Below are positions 17,094 through 26,487 of a stretch of DNA of 64,000 nucleotides, piece after piece. A program made the position numbers and the translations under genes. The notes under the pieces were generated by a model, which was not told where the DNA came from, did not search any database, and saw nothing but the letters and a program-made list of their open reading frames with translations. Numbering within the stretch: position 1 is the first letter of the stretch; every line of letters starts with the position of its first letter. This stretch comes from an uncultured virus (IMG/VR IMGVR_UViG_3300025154_000091). Its lineage: Duplodnaviria; Heunggongvirae; Uroviricota; Caudoviricetes. The stretch lies in the IMG/VR virus record IMGVR_UViG_3300025154_000091; one strand, 5' to 3'.

Positions 17094-18200
17094 TTGTACA
17101 CCTCATAGTTGTAGGTCTATCAGACTTACCTGCCTATCAGGCAAATCTTAGCAGGTCGAACCTGCGGTTCTTGAACGAGATTAAATGTTAGCATCTTACA
17201 TCCACATAATGACCTTTAATCCATGCAGACCTTAAAGGTCACAATGCACTTGTAGAGCTATTTTCACCTATCAGCACCTTGCTAGGGTGATGATACCTAT
17301 CAGGACGGCTAGGCTAAGAAGAACGAACCTAGTAGAACCTAAATGGCTGGCTATCCGTATTTTCGTTTGTGAATAGTGCCGTTTGGATTCGGCACACGTC
17401 AGCTCTTTAGGCGGCTAATTGCCTTCAGACGTTTAACTGAGCCTGTCTGACCTAGCTCATGCTACATCCCTTTCAAAACTGTCCAAGTGGTTTGCATGGA
17501 CTCGTCGGATGGAGGGGACTCTAGACCCCGTTGTCAAGTCTACCTTGGGGCAGACTCCACCCTTCAGCTATCTGGTGACTGCATCGGTTCGACACCGATT
17601 ACCCAGAAACCTAGCCTAGACCTCGAAGGTCTGAAGGGCTCGAGGCTCTCTAACTTATCGAGCCTCTAGGGAGCCTGTAGGGGCATTCCCTACACCCCTT
17701 ATAGGGTTTCCGACAGTTTCGACCGGGGTGGGGATGTTATCCTTCGAGGTGCCACCACCCCTGCAGCACCTGAGAGCCCCCTCCGTGCGCCTGCGTGGGG
17801 TGTCTCTAGCCCCAAATATTCCTGTAGAACTTTCAGCCCTTTAGCACCTCTTAGTCCTGTCGAAAGACTCCCCGAAATCCCACCAAATATTTTCATTTAG
17901 GCCTTTTAGCACCCGGTAGGTTCTTTTCCCTACAGCTCTACCAGCCAAACTACCACCAGTAGGCACCCGGTAGGTCCAATATACTACATATAGAGGTGCT
18001 ACGAGAAGTTTATTGGTGGTACAAGGCCCCGAAAGAACTACTAAAGTACAAATAAGTTACCAACATTTAATTTCGTTCATGATTTTCAGTACTATATAGC
18101 CGATAGTAAACAAGAACATACACCATATAGGGTACTAACCCTCCTAAGATGTGCCCAAACCTCTGGTATGATCGTGAGTCATATTATGTTCGGGCTTAGA
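17094..18200. other. Non-coding divergent control region (possible genome ends or origin), hairpin-rich
   Basis: No convincing ORF; transcription diverges here; several short inverted repeats; GCACCCGGTAGGT at 17909 and 17963. Confidence 0.55.
18091..18106 (+). promoter_or_regulatory. ACTATATAG-N3-ATAG motif heading the morphogenesis operon
   Basis: ACTATATAGCCGATAG directly after the 21-bp repeat. Confidence 0.65.
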
Positions 18201-18205
18201 TATTC

Positions 18206-18283
18206 GCCCTCGTACTCGAATTTGGCATAGAGAGCTGGCTTAGACCCAGTGTTTTGGAGGTTCGACTCCTCTCGAGGGTACCA
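18206..18283 (+). tRNA. tRNA-Leu, anticodon UAG, short variable loop
   Basis: Acceptor GCCCTCG/CGAGGGT, arm GCTGG-CTTAGAC-CCAGT, TTCGACT loop, encoded CCA. Confidence 0.88.
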
Positions 18284-18302
18284 AATTATTTATAAGAACC
18301 TA

Positions 18303-19088
18303 ATGACAACCACTATAGTCAAGAAAGCTGTTGATAACATCACAGCCAAGAGCAAATACGAGATCATTGATGACTATATCTATAGCAACCTCACTAATCT
18401 AGAGATTGCTGAGAAGTATGGCACCTCTGAGAAGAACGTAGGTCTCATTATCGCTAGACACTACAAGGCTCTGGCTAATGTACGTGAGACTAAGATGCTT
18501 CTTCAGACTCAGGTAGGTAATCAGAGGTTCACAATGTCTAAGAGTGAAGTCTTAGATACAGATAAGATCAATGAAGCTTTCCTTAACCTATTATCTGAAC
18601 CTGATTCTATTACGTTGACTGATAATGAGCTAGTATTCTGTGAGCTCTACAATGATGATGGTGATGATGTAAGAGCTCTTGAGGAATCAGGACTACATGC
18701 TGGGCTTAAGAAGACTAAAGATATTCGAGATAGAGAAGAGTACCAACATGCCCTACAGCTTCGTTCGTTTTATCTTCGTAGGAAACCTAATGTAGGTGCC
18801 TATCTGCTACAGATCAAGCAGGATAAGATTAAGTCGATTACTGATGGTAAGCAATTCGTTCAATCAGAGCTACTGGCTGTAATAGAGAGGCTCAAGGCTC
18901 ATGGATCAACTCAGTCTCTCTCAACTTACCTAAAGGCTGTAGAGTCTTTGGGTAGAACCTTTGGGGCCTTCGATGATAAGCTGATTGTTGAGGGGCTATC
19001 GGGTGACTCAGCCCTAGATAAGATCATAGCTAGGACTCAGGAAGCTAAAGCTCGACTAGTAGGTGAAGGGGAGCTATTAGATGGCTAA
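18303..19088 (+). CDS. Probable terminase small subunit
   Basis: HTH-like EIAEKYGTS; LTDNELVFCELY; directly upstream of TerL; start moved past the tRNA. Confidence 0.65.
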   Translation: MTTTIVKKAVDNITAKSKYEIIDDYIYSNLTNLEIAEKYGTSEKNVGLIIARHYKALANVRETKMLLQTQVGNQRFTMSKSEVLDTDKINEAFLNLLSEPDSITLTDNELVFCELYNDDGDDVRALEESGLHAGLKKTKDIRDREEYQHALQLRSFYLRRKPNVGAYLLQIKQDKIKSITDGKQFVQSELLAVIERLKAHGSTQSLSTYLKAVESLGRTFGAFDDKLIVEGLSGDSALDKIIARTQEAKARLVGEGELLDG

Positions 19089-20493
19089 GATGACTCAGGC
19101 TCAGTTCGATGACTTCTTAGTGATGGCAGCTAATGATCATGTCTTCGGAATTGAAACACTGTTTTCAGTTACACTAACAGAACAACAGAGAAAGCTAGTA
19201 AGAGACTCCAGACCCCAGGCAGCACGTGTAGCTGTCTCATCTTGTACAGGCTCTGGTAAGTCAGCAGTACTAAGTATGATGACCTTCATCTTCTTAATGG
19301 TGCTGCCAGACTGTAGGATCCTAATCACAGCACCTTCTAGTAACCACCTTGAACGAGTCTTTCGATCTGAACTCGAGAAGTGGTACAGGAAGATGCCGAT
19401 TGATATTCAGAACATGTTCGATTTGACTCTTCGTAAGATTGAATACAAGACTAAGACCTTTGTTAATTTTGCATCTCTTGTTACTGCCAGCGTTGATAGC
19501 GTAGAGAATCTGGCAGGTGGTCATGCTGAGAATTATATCATCATGGCTGATGAGGCTTCAGGTATCTCTGAGGAGGCTTTCGATATTCTACTAGGAACAC
19601 TCTCCACCGGTAAGGGTGGTAGGTTCCTTCAGGTGTCGAACCCTCAGAGAGCATCAGGTAGGTTCTTCGAGATCTTTCAAAGAGATCTTGGAACCTGGAC
19701 TAAGATTTACTTCTCCGCTTATGACAGTCCTAATGTCAACAATGAGTGGATAGATGAGATGAAAGAAACCTACGGGGATGATAGTGATATCTTCCGTATG
19801 CGTGTTCTTGGTCAGTTTCCTAGAGTTGGTGTATCTCAATTCATCTCAGCTGATGATGTTGAGGATGCTGTAAGGAACAGGCTGGAGTATAAAGACTACA
19901 TAAACTTCCCGAAGCTAATGGGTGTGGATGTAGCTCGATTTGGTGATGACCTTACAGCCATAGTCATCAGGCAGGGTCCGAAGATTATTGACATTAAGAC
20001 CTATAGGGGTCTTGATACAATGAGTGTTGCAGCTAAGGTTTCAGAGATTAACTCCTACCACCAGTGTGTGAATATCTTCATTGACTCTATTGGAGTAGGT
20101 GCTGGGACAGCAGACAGGCTTAGACAACTAGGACTACCAGTTAAAGATGTTGTAGTAAGTAACAAGAGTACAGACCCCAACACCTACTCGAACCTAAGGG
20201 CACAGCTTTGGGGGAAACTTCGTGAATGGCTTTCTATGGGAGGAGCCGACATCCCTATAGAGGCCACAGATAAAGAGGCGAACCTAGCAGCACAACTCAC
20301 CTCTATGGAGTATGGATACAACAATAAGATGCAAATCCAACTCCTATCTAAAAAGGATCTTAAAAAGATGGGACACGCCTCTCCAGATATAGCTGACGCA
20401 TTATCGTTTACATTTGCTGAAGCTATCTTCGAGCACAGACCTAGGAATAGGTTTAGAAAAGAGATACGAAGGGGTAAATTCTTGTGGGTATAA
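19081..20493 (+). CDS. terL: Terminase large subunit
   Basis: Walker A GSGKS, Walker B ADEA, nuclease GVDVARFGDD, SPDIADA. Confidence 0.95.
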   Translation: MAKMTQAQFDDFLVMAANDHVFGIETLFSVTLTEQQRKLVRDSRPQAARVAVSSCTGSGKSAVLSMMTFIFLMVLPDCRILITAPSSNHLERVFRSELEKWYRKMPIDIQNMFDLTLRKIEYKTKTFVNFASLVTASVDSVENLAGGHAENYIIMADEASGISEEAFDILLGTLSTGKGGRFLQVSNPQRASGRFFEIFQRDLGTWTKIYFSAYDSPNVNNEWIDEMKETYGDDSDIFRMRVLGQFPRVGVSQFISADDVEDAVRNRLEYKDYINFPKLMGVDVARFGDDLTAIVIRQGPKIIDIKTYRGLDTMSVAAKVSEINSYHQCVNIFIDSIGVGAGTADRLRQLGLPVKDVVVSNKSTDPNTYSNLRAQLWGKLREWLSMGGADIPIEATDKEANLAAQLTSMEYGYNNKMQIQLLSKKDLKKMGHASPDIADALSFTFAEAIFEHRPRNRFRKEIRRGKFLWV

Positions 20494-20945
20494 AAGTGTG
20501 CAGTAAGTGTAAAGAACCTCTTGAAGATGCTTCTGAGTTCTACAACAAGTGTGCATCTAGTAAGGACGGCTTACAGCCAATGTGCAGAATCTGCCAAGGA
20601 ATATTAAGCACTGTATATGGCAGAAAGAATTCAGAAAAGAGAAAGAGGTTTAGAAAAGATAATCCACATATAAAAAGATTCGACCACCTTAAGAGGAGGT
20701 ACAATACTGATATAGAAAGTATCTCTAATATAATGAATGAACAGAGGGGTATTTGTCCTATATGTGAGAAGTCTTTAGTGTATCCAGATTCGAGAATAAA
20801 CTATAGTATAGATCATAATCACAACACAGGGAAAGTCAGAGGTCTCCTGTGTGGAGATTGTAACAGAGCTTTAGGTATAATGAAAGAAGATAAGAAAGCT
20901 ATATTAGCTATGGTATCATACTTAGAGAAATACGAGGATACATAA
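20484..20945 (+). CDS. Endonuclease VII-type HNH endonuclease
   Basis: IDHNHNTGKVRGLLCGDCN. Confidence 0.9.
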   Translation: MGIKVCSKCKEPLEDASEFYNKCASSKDGLQPMCRICQGILSTVYGRKNSEKRKRFRKDNPHIKRFDHLKRRYNTDIESISNIMNEQRGICPICEKSLVYPDSRINYSIDHNHNTGKVRGLLCGDCNRALGIMKEDKKAILAMVSYLEKYEDT

Positions 20946-20946
20946 T

Positions 20947-23262
20947 TTGGATACGTATAATGACCGTCCAGCTCTTGTCATAGCAAATGCGGATGAAGTA
21001 GATGAGATGCAGAAGAGGCTAAGGCGATACGATGAAGAAGAGCCTGAGGAGAAAGAGGAAGAGTACTCAGCTCTATCAACCTACATAAGAGGAATCTATC
21101 AAGAGAATAGGGATGCAAGAACTTCCTCTGGTATTGAAGAGAAGATGTTCCAGAGTCTTAGAGCCTATAATGGTAACTATGACCCTGAGGACCTAGCACT
21201 TATACGGGCATCTGGTGGTTCTGAGATCTACATGAACCTAACTCCGACCAAATGCCGTGCAGCTATGTCATGGATCAGAGACATCATGATGCCGGCTAAG
21301 GAGATTGCTTGGGGCTTTGAGCCTACATCAGTGCCTGATCTTCCTCAAGAGATTGTAGACCAGATAGAGCAACACATCAATGCACTGGCCAACGAGGAAG
21401 CTACTATGCCTCCAGGCCCTGAAGGTCAGCCACAGAAACCATCAGCTCAAGGTGCAGCCCAGAAGCTTCAGGAGATTAATCAGCTGAAGAGGGATGTTGA
21501 AGATGCTATCCAGGATGAGATCTTTAAGGTAGCTCAGGCTGAGGTTAAGAAGTTTGAAAGGGTAGTAGCTGATCAACTTGCAGAGGGTAATTGGGATAAG
21601 GCACTCTCTGAATTCATTGAAGATTTTTGTGTGTTCCCTGTTGCGCTCCTCAAGGGTCCGATTATCACCAAGAAGAAACGATTGACTTATGTCAATGGTA
21701 CGGCTGAAGAGGTTGAGGATTATGTCTTCCTAAACAAGAGAGTATCTCCTTTTGATATCTACCCATCGGCCAGTGCTACAGATGTCCAGGATGGTGACCT
21801 CTGCGAGCACTTAAGGTTTGATAAGAAGACCCTATACAACATGATAGGGACGAAGCATTATAAAGAAGATGCAATCAGAAAGGTACTCGCTGATGAGGCT
21901 GGGTACTGTGGGGTTATAGCTGATAACGGAATTGAGTCAGAAAAAATTATAGAGGAGATGAGGGGCGATACTTTTAGAGCTAATAAGGGAATCATCCATG
22001 GTATTCATTTCTTCGGTAGTGTACCATATAGTGAGCTAAAGGATTGGGGATTCGACGAGGAAACTATAGGAACTGATGAGGATAAGCAGTTTGAGGTCGA
22101 AGCAATATTAGCTGGAAATGAAGTCATCAAGTGTGTAATTAATGATGATCCTCTCCTCCGGCGACCTTACTATAAAGCATCCTTTCAGAACATACCGGGT
22201 AGTTGGTGGGGAAGATCTCTCCCAGAGATGATGAGAGATATTCAGCGAATGTGCAACGCTACAGCTCGCGCCTTAGCTAATAACATGGGGATTGCGTCTG
22301 GCCCTCAGATTGAGATCTATGTTGACAGGCTTGCAGATGATACAGGCATTGATAGCATACAACCCTTCCATGTCTGGCAGCTCACCTCAGACCCTTCAGG
22401 CTCTGGAGGAAGAGCAGTCAACTTCTGGCAGCCTACGTCAAATGCCCAAGAGCTCCTCGCAGTATACAAAGAGTTTGAAATCAGAGCAGATGATGCTACA
22501 GGAATCCCAAGATATGCATACGGAAATGAGAGAACAGGTGGAGCAGCTCAGACAGCTAGTGGCCTCTCGATGCTTCTTGAGTCAGCAGCTAAAGGAATTA
22601 AGGATTCAGTACGAAACATTGATTATGGGGTCATTAAGCCCCGAGTAGAATACCAGTTCTATTACAATGTAGTTAGTAACGATAGTGTTAGCTTTACAGG
22701 AGATATTAATGTAATCCCACGTGGGTCAGAGATGCTGACCATGAAGGGTGCTAGTGAGATGAGACGTAATGAGTTCATCCAGATTCTAGCAAATCCGATG
22801 TATGTTGATATTGTAGGTATGGAAGGTATCGCAGATATCTTAAGGGAGATGGCTAAGTCACTAGGACTTGGACATAACATCGTACCTAGTAGATTGGAGC
22901 TGAAGAAGAAACAAGAAGAAGCTAAACAGGCCCAGGCTCAGGCACAGGAAGCTCAGGCTCAAGAGACTCAGACCAAAGCGCAAGTTAGTCTACAGGCTAC
23001 TCAGATGCAGGTACAGGGTCAGGATGCTATGAACCAGAGGTCACTACAACTCAAGGCTGAAGAGATCAAGGCGAAGATTGACCAGAGCGAGAAAGACCGA
23101 CAGGTTAAGATAATTGAACTCGAGCAAGCTAGAGAGAATAGTATTTCTAAGGAGACTTCATCGCTACAGAAACAACAGATGATTGAGGCTAACAAGGCCT
23201 TGGCCATGGATAAACAAATTGCACTAAGCCTACAGACTGATGATAAGGTCAATGCACAATGA
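20947..23262 (+). CDS. Portal protein (podovirus type)
   Basis: Size, position after TerL, PGSWWGRSL and TASGLSML segments, Q-rich helical C-terminus. Confidence 0.85.
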   Translation: MDTYNDRPALVIANADEVDEMQKRLRRYDEEEPEEKEEEYSALSTYIRGIYQENRDARTSSGIEEKMFQSLRAYNGNYDPEDLALIRASGGSEIYMNLTPTKCRAAMSWIRDIMMPAKEIAWGFEPTSVPDLPQEIVDQIEQHINALANEEATMPPGPEGQPQKPSAQGAAQKLQEINQLKRDVEDAIQDEIFKVAQAEVKKFERVVADQLAEGNWDKALSEFIEDFCVFPVALLKGPIITKKKRLTYVNGTAEEVEDYVFLNKRVSPFDIYPSASATDVQDGDLCEHLRFDKKTLYNMIGTKHYKEDAIRKVLADEAGYCGVIADNGIESEKIIEEMRGDTFRANKGIIHGIHFFGSVPYSELKDWGFDEETIGTDEDKQFEVEAILAGNEVIKCVINDDPLLRRPYYKASFQNIPGSWWGRSLPEMMRDIQRMCNATARALANNMGIASGPQIEIYVDRLADDTGIDSIQPFHVWQLTSDPSGSGGRAVNFWQPTSNAQELLAVYKEFEIRADDATGIPRYAYGNERTGGAAQTASGLSMLLESAAKGIKDSVRNIDYGVIKPRVEYQFYYNVVSNDSVSFTGDINVIPRGSEMLTMKGASEMRRNEFIQILANPMYVDIVGMEGIADILREMAKSLGLGHNIVPSRLELKKKQEEAKQAQAQAQEAQAQETQTKAQVSLQATQMQVQGQDAMNQRSLQLKAEEIKAKIDQSEKDRQVKIIELEQARENSISKETSSLQKQQMIEANKALAMDKQIALSLQTDDKVNAQ

Positions 23263-23453
23263 AGGTAACTACAGAACAGAAGAAGAGGATTGGGCATGGA
23301 GATTTCCATACTCTTAAGAGTCTTCTTCTTATAGAACTGGAGGATATAAAAAAGGATCTCTTAGTGTTTAAGCCTGAGAGATCCGAGTATGATAACATCC
23401 TGAGAGGTAGAGGTCTACTTGCTCAGGAGCTAATTAACTTGCTCAGTGAATGA
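23259..23453 (+). CDS. Small hypothetical protein after the portal
   Basis: Coupled ORF. Confidence 0.65.
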   Translation: MKVTTEQKKRIGHGDFHTLKSLLLIELEDIKKDLLVFKPERSEYDNILRGRGLLAQELINLLSE

Positions 23454-23540
23454 GCAGTAACAACCAATCTAGAAAGTAAGCAAACGCCTGATCACCTATA
23501 AGGTCCAGAGCACCCCTGCTGAAAACCTACTGGAGAGTAT

Positions 23541-24515
23541 ATGTCGTTAAAAAGAGCACTAGCTGAAGAAGCAGAGTTGGAAAAGCAATTTCTTGCTGAG
23601 GTAACTGACCCCGATCCGTCGACCAGTGCCCCTATCCCGAATGTGGATACCTTTAATCTCGATGAAGATGATGGTGATCCTACTGACTCCAATGTGGAAC
23701 CTCAGGTAAGTACGGAAAGTGAAGCTGACAAGAAGAGTAGACAGTCTTGGAAACAGAGATTTGCAAACTATAAAGGATCCACAGATAAGACAATCTCAAA
23801 CCTTCGTAAGGATAACTTGGTTTTGATCGGCCAACTATCTGATGCCCGCAAAGAAATCGACAGGCTTGCAGCCCGTATCGCTGAGATACAGAACAGCGGT
23901 AAAGATCTTTTTGGAGACTCGATCACTCCTGAAGATGTCGAGACTATTGGAGTTGAAGCAGTAGATATTGTTAAGAAGGCCACTAAGAAGGCAACTGAAG
24001 CTGCAGTCAACCCCCTTATGGAGGAGATCAACAAGCTTAAGGCTAAAGAGCTTGCAATGATCAAGAAGAGCGCTGAAGAGCGTAGAGCAGCTGAGTATAA
24101 ACTATTCACAGCAGATCTTGGAAGACTTGTCCCAGACTATCAAGCAATCAATCTCGACCCCGGCTTTGAAGTCTTTATGATGGCAACAGATCCCACGACT
24201 GGTGAACGTAGGTTGGATTCTTTTAGGAGAGCCGAAGATTATCTGGATGCTGATAGGGTAGCCGACTTCTTCTCAGATTATAAAGCTAGTATTCCGAAGA
24301 GTAAAAAAGATATGTTGGAAGATAAAATTACACCTAATGGTGCGGCTTCCAGCTCAGCACCTACTGTTACTAAGAAAGAGACCTTCTCTATTAGAGAAGT
24401 GAATAAGTTCTTTGATGATGTTAACAAAGGTGCTTATAGAACTAGAATGAAAGAAGCAGACGAACTTGAGGCTAGGATTACAAAAGCTTATGTTGAAGGT
24501 AGAATTACTGATTAA
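23541..24515 (+). CDS. Capsid scaffolding protein
   Basis: Acidic coiled coil ending AYVEGRI; sits before the capsid gene. Confidence 0.75.
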   Translation: MSLKRALAEEAELEKQFLAEVTDPDPSTSAPIPNVDTFNLDEDDGDPTDSNVEPQVSTESEADKKSRQSWKQRFANYKGSTDKTISNLRKDNLVLIGQLSDARKEIDRLAARIAEIQNSGKDLFGDSITPEDVETIGVEAVDIVKKATKKATEAAVNPLMEEINKLKAKELAMIKKSAEERRAAEYKLFTADLGRLVPDYQAINLDPGFEVFMMATDPTTGERRLDSFRRAEDYLDADRVADFFSDYKASIPKSKKDMLEDKITPNGAASSSAPTVTKKETFSIREVNKFFDDVNKGAYRTRMKEADELEARITKAYVEGRITD

Positions 24516-24559
24516 GTTTAAACTCTAGCCTAATAAAATAAATTATTAGGAGATTTCTA

Positions 24560-25498
24560 ATGGCTAATGGTCCCGCTCGTGAAGTAGGTTATGTAAATTA
24601 TGCATCTGATGGTACCTCGAAGTTCACTCCTCAGCTCTTTTCCAAGAAGATGCTGCGGAATTTCTATCAGACGACTGCATTTTCCGAGATCGCGAATACT
24701 GATTATGAGGGTGAGATTGGTAAGGTTGGTGACTCTGTCATCATCCGCACGACTCCAGTCATCACCATTAGTGACTATGTTGTTGGTCAGACCACTCTGA
24801 CCTACCAGGAACCCGCATCTGCCAATATCTCTCTCACGATTGATAAGGCTAAGTCCTGGTCGTTTAGGATTGATGATATTGATAAGTTCCAGACAGACCT
24901 CGATCTGGTTAACAAGTTCACCGCTGATGCTGGTGAGCGGCTGAAGATTGCTATTGATACTGATTGTTTTGACTACATCTCTACCCTGCCGGCATCCACC
25001 AATAAGGGCGCTACTGCTGGTGCTATCAGTGTGAATATTGATCTTGGATCTGCAGGTGCTCCGGTAGTTGTAACTAGTACCAACGCTACTGATCTCATTG
25101 TAGATGTTAACTTGGTTCTTGACGAAGCCAATATCCCCGATGCTGATAGGTTCCTCGTACTTCCTGCATGGTATATTGCTATGCTGAAGAAGGGCGACCT
25201 GAAGGCTGCTAATATCACTGGTGATTCTACTGGTGTTATTCGGTCTGGTATCGTTGGTATGGTTGATCGTACTAAGATCATACAGAGTAACCTCCTGAAG
25301 GTTGTTGTTGATGGTGCTGACAATGTTACCTATGCAATGGGTGGCACCAAAGAGGCTATCACCTTCGCGTCTCAGTTGACCAAGACTGAGAACCTTAGGA
25401 TCCAAGAGTCCTTCGGTGAGTATATGCGTGGTCTGGCTGTCTATGGCCGTGAGGTTGTACAGCCCGAAGCTCTCGTAGCTCTATACGTAACGAAGTAA
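24560..25498 (+). CDS. Major capsid protein
   Basis: FTPQLFSKK, NTDYEGEI..GDSV, C-terminal YGREVVQPEAL; strong SD. Confidence 0.9.
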   Translation: MANGPAREVGYVNYASDGTSKFTPQLFSKKMLRNFYQTTAFSEIANTDYEGEIGKVGDSVIIRTTPVITISDYVVGQTTLTYQEPASANISLTIDKAKSWSFRIDDIDKFQTDLDLVNKFTADAGERLKIAIDTDCFDYISTLPASTNKGATAGAISVNIDLGSAGAPVVVTSTNATDLIVDVNLVLDEANIPDADRFLVLPAWYIAMLKKGDLKAANITGDSTGVIRSGIVGMVDRTKIIQSNLLKVVVDGADNVTYAMGGTKEAITFASQLTKTENLRIQESFGEYMRGLAVYGREVVQPEALVALYVTK

Positions 25499-25555
25499 TA
25501 ACAACACCCCCCTACGTAACTCGTGAGATCTACGCACCAAGGAGATTACTAACTG

Positions 25556-25610
25556 GCCCCTCTAAGAATTCCATATCCTCAAGGTATTGATTACTTAGAG
25601 GGGCTTTTCT
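25556..25610 (+). terminator. Probable terminator after the capsid gene
   Basis: GCCCCTCTAAG...CTTAGAGGGGC followed by TTTTCT. Confidence 0.55.
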
Positions 25611-25633
25611 ATTTGAGTAAAGGAAAGATATAA

Positions 25634-25825
25634 ATGTTTGTATATGCTAAGGATAGAAAGGATAAGACTGTAAGTTGTATCTCTAAGGAAGAGTGTGATG
25701 CTAAGCCTTGGAGGTGGGAACTTCTTCATGAGGCTAATGGCAAGGTAGAAGTTAATAAAGTGACAGAGGTAGTAGAGGAAGATGTAATCAAGGTTGAACC
25801 TAAGAAGAGGGTATCTAAGAAATAA
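25634..25825 (+). CDS. Hypothetical protein
   Basis: SD and coupling to the next gene. Confidence 0.6.
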   Translation: MFVYAKDRKDKTVSCISKEECDAKPWRWELLHEANGKVEVNKVTEVVEEDVIKVEPKKRVSKK

Positions 25826-26487
25826 TGAACTTCCTAAAGATGGCTCAAGATGTAAGACTCAAAAGTGGAGTACAAGGAACTGGACCATCTTCAGCAGATA
25901 CTACTGGATACGACCAGATCTTCTTGGTGATAGTGAGAGATGTTTGGAGAGATATCCAAACCTCCAAGAAGACTTGGAAGTGGATGAGGGTTTCAGGCTC
26001 TATAGCCACACAGGTTGACAAAACAGCCTACACTCCAGCTGAAGTATTTGGTCCTACAAACAGATTCAAAAAATACTACAATCATACATTCTTCATTGAG
26101 AAGGATGGAAAGAAGTCAGAGCTTAGGTATCTACCCTATGATTACTATATTAGGAAGCATATAAATGATACTACCTCAGTAACTCCTTCAGAGTTCACTA
26201 TAAGAGAATCGGATAATGCACTGCTCTTCCCTAAACCTAACGGTGCTTACTGGATCTATTTTGATTATCACAAAACCTCCCAGAACCTAGTAGCAGCTAC
26301 AGACACTCCAGAGTGCCCAGAGGATTATCATAACGTTATTGTATACGGTGCTACAGCTTCTTACTGTTTGAGTATGAGCATGTCTGCTCTACAGCAAGAA
26401 TACTCTCAAAGGTTTACTGAAGGTTACGACCAGATGGTACGCGAGCAAGTACCTAGAGAAATATTTAAGATAGGTGGAATAGCATGA
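25825..26487 (+). CDS. Head-tail adaptor / tail tubular protein A-like
   Basis: Position; PECPEDYHNVIVYGA motif. Confidence 0.7.
   Translation: MNFLKMAQDVRLKSGVQGTGPSSADTTGYDQIFLVIVRDVWRDIQTSKKTWKWMRVSGSIATQVDKTAYTPAEVFGPTNRFKKYYNHTFFIEKDGKKSELRYLPYDYYIRKHINDTTSVTPSEFTIRESDNALLFPKPNGAYWIYFDYHKTSQNLVAATDTPECPEDYHNVIVYGATASYCLSMSMSALQQEYSQRFTEGYDQMVREQVPREIFKIGGIA

Noticed and set aside
18249..18302. Track N-terminus of the small terminase
   Set aside because: It overlaps the tRNA-Leu; ATG at 18303 is more plausible.
24557..25405. 282-aa antisense ORF over the capsid gene (and similar shadow ORFs elsewhere)
   Set aside because: Mirror frames of real genes with biased codons; no motifs or SD.
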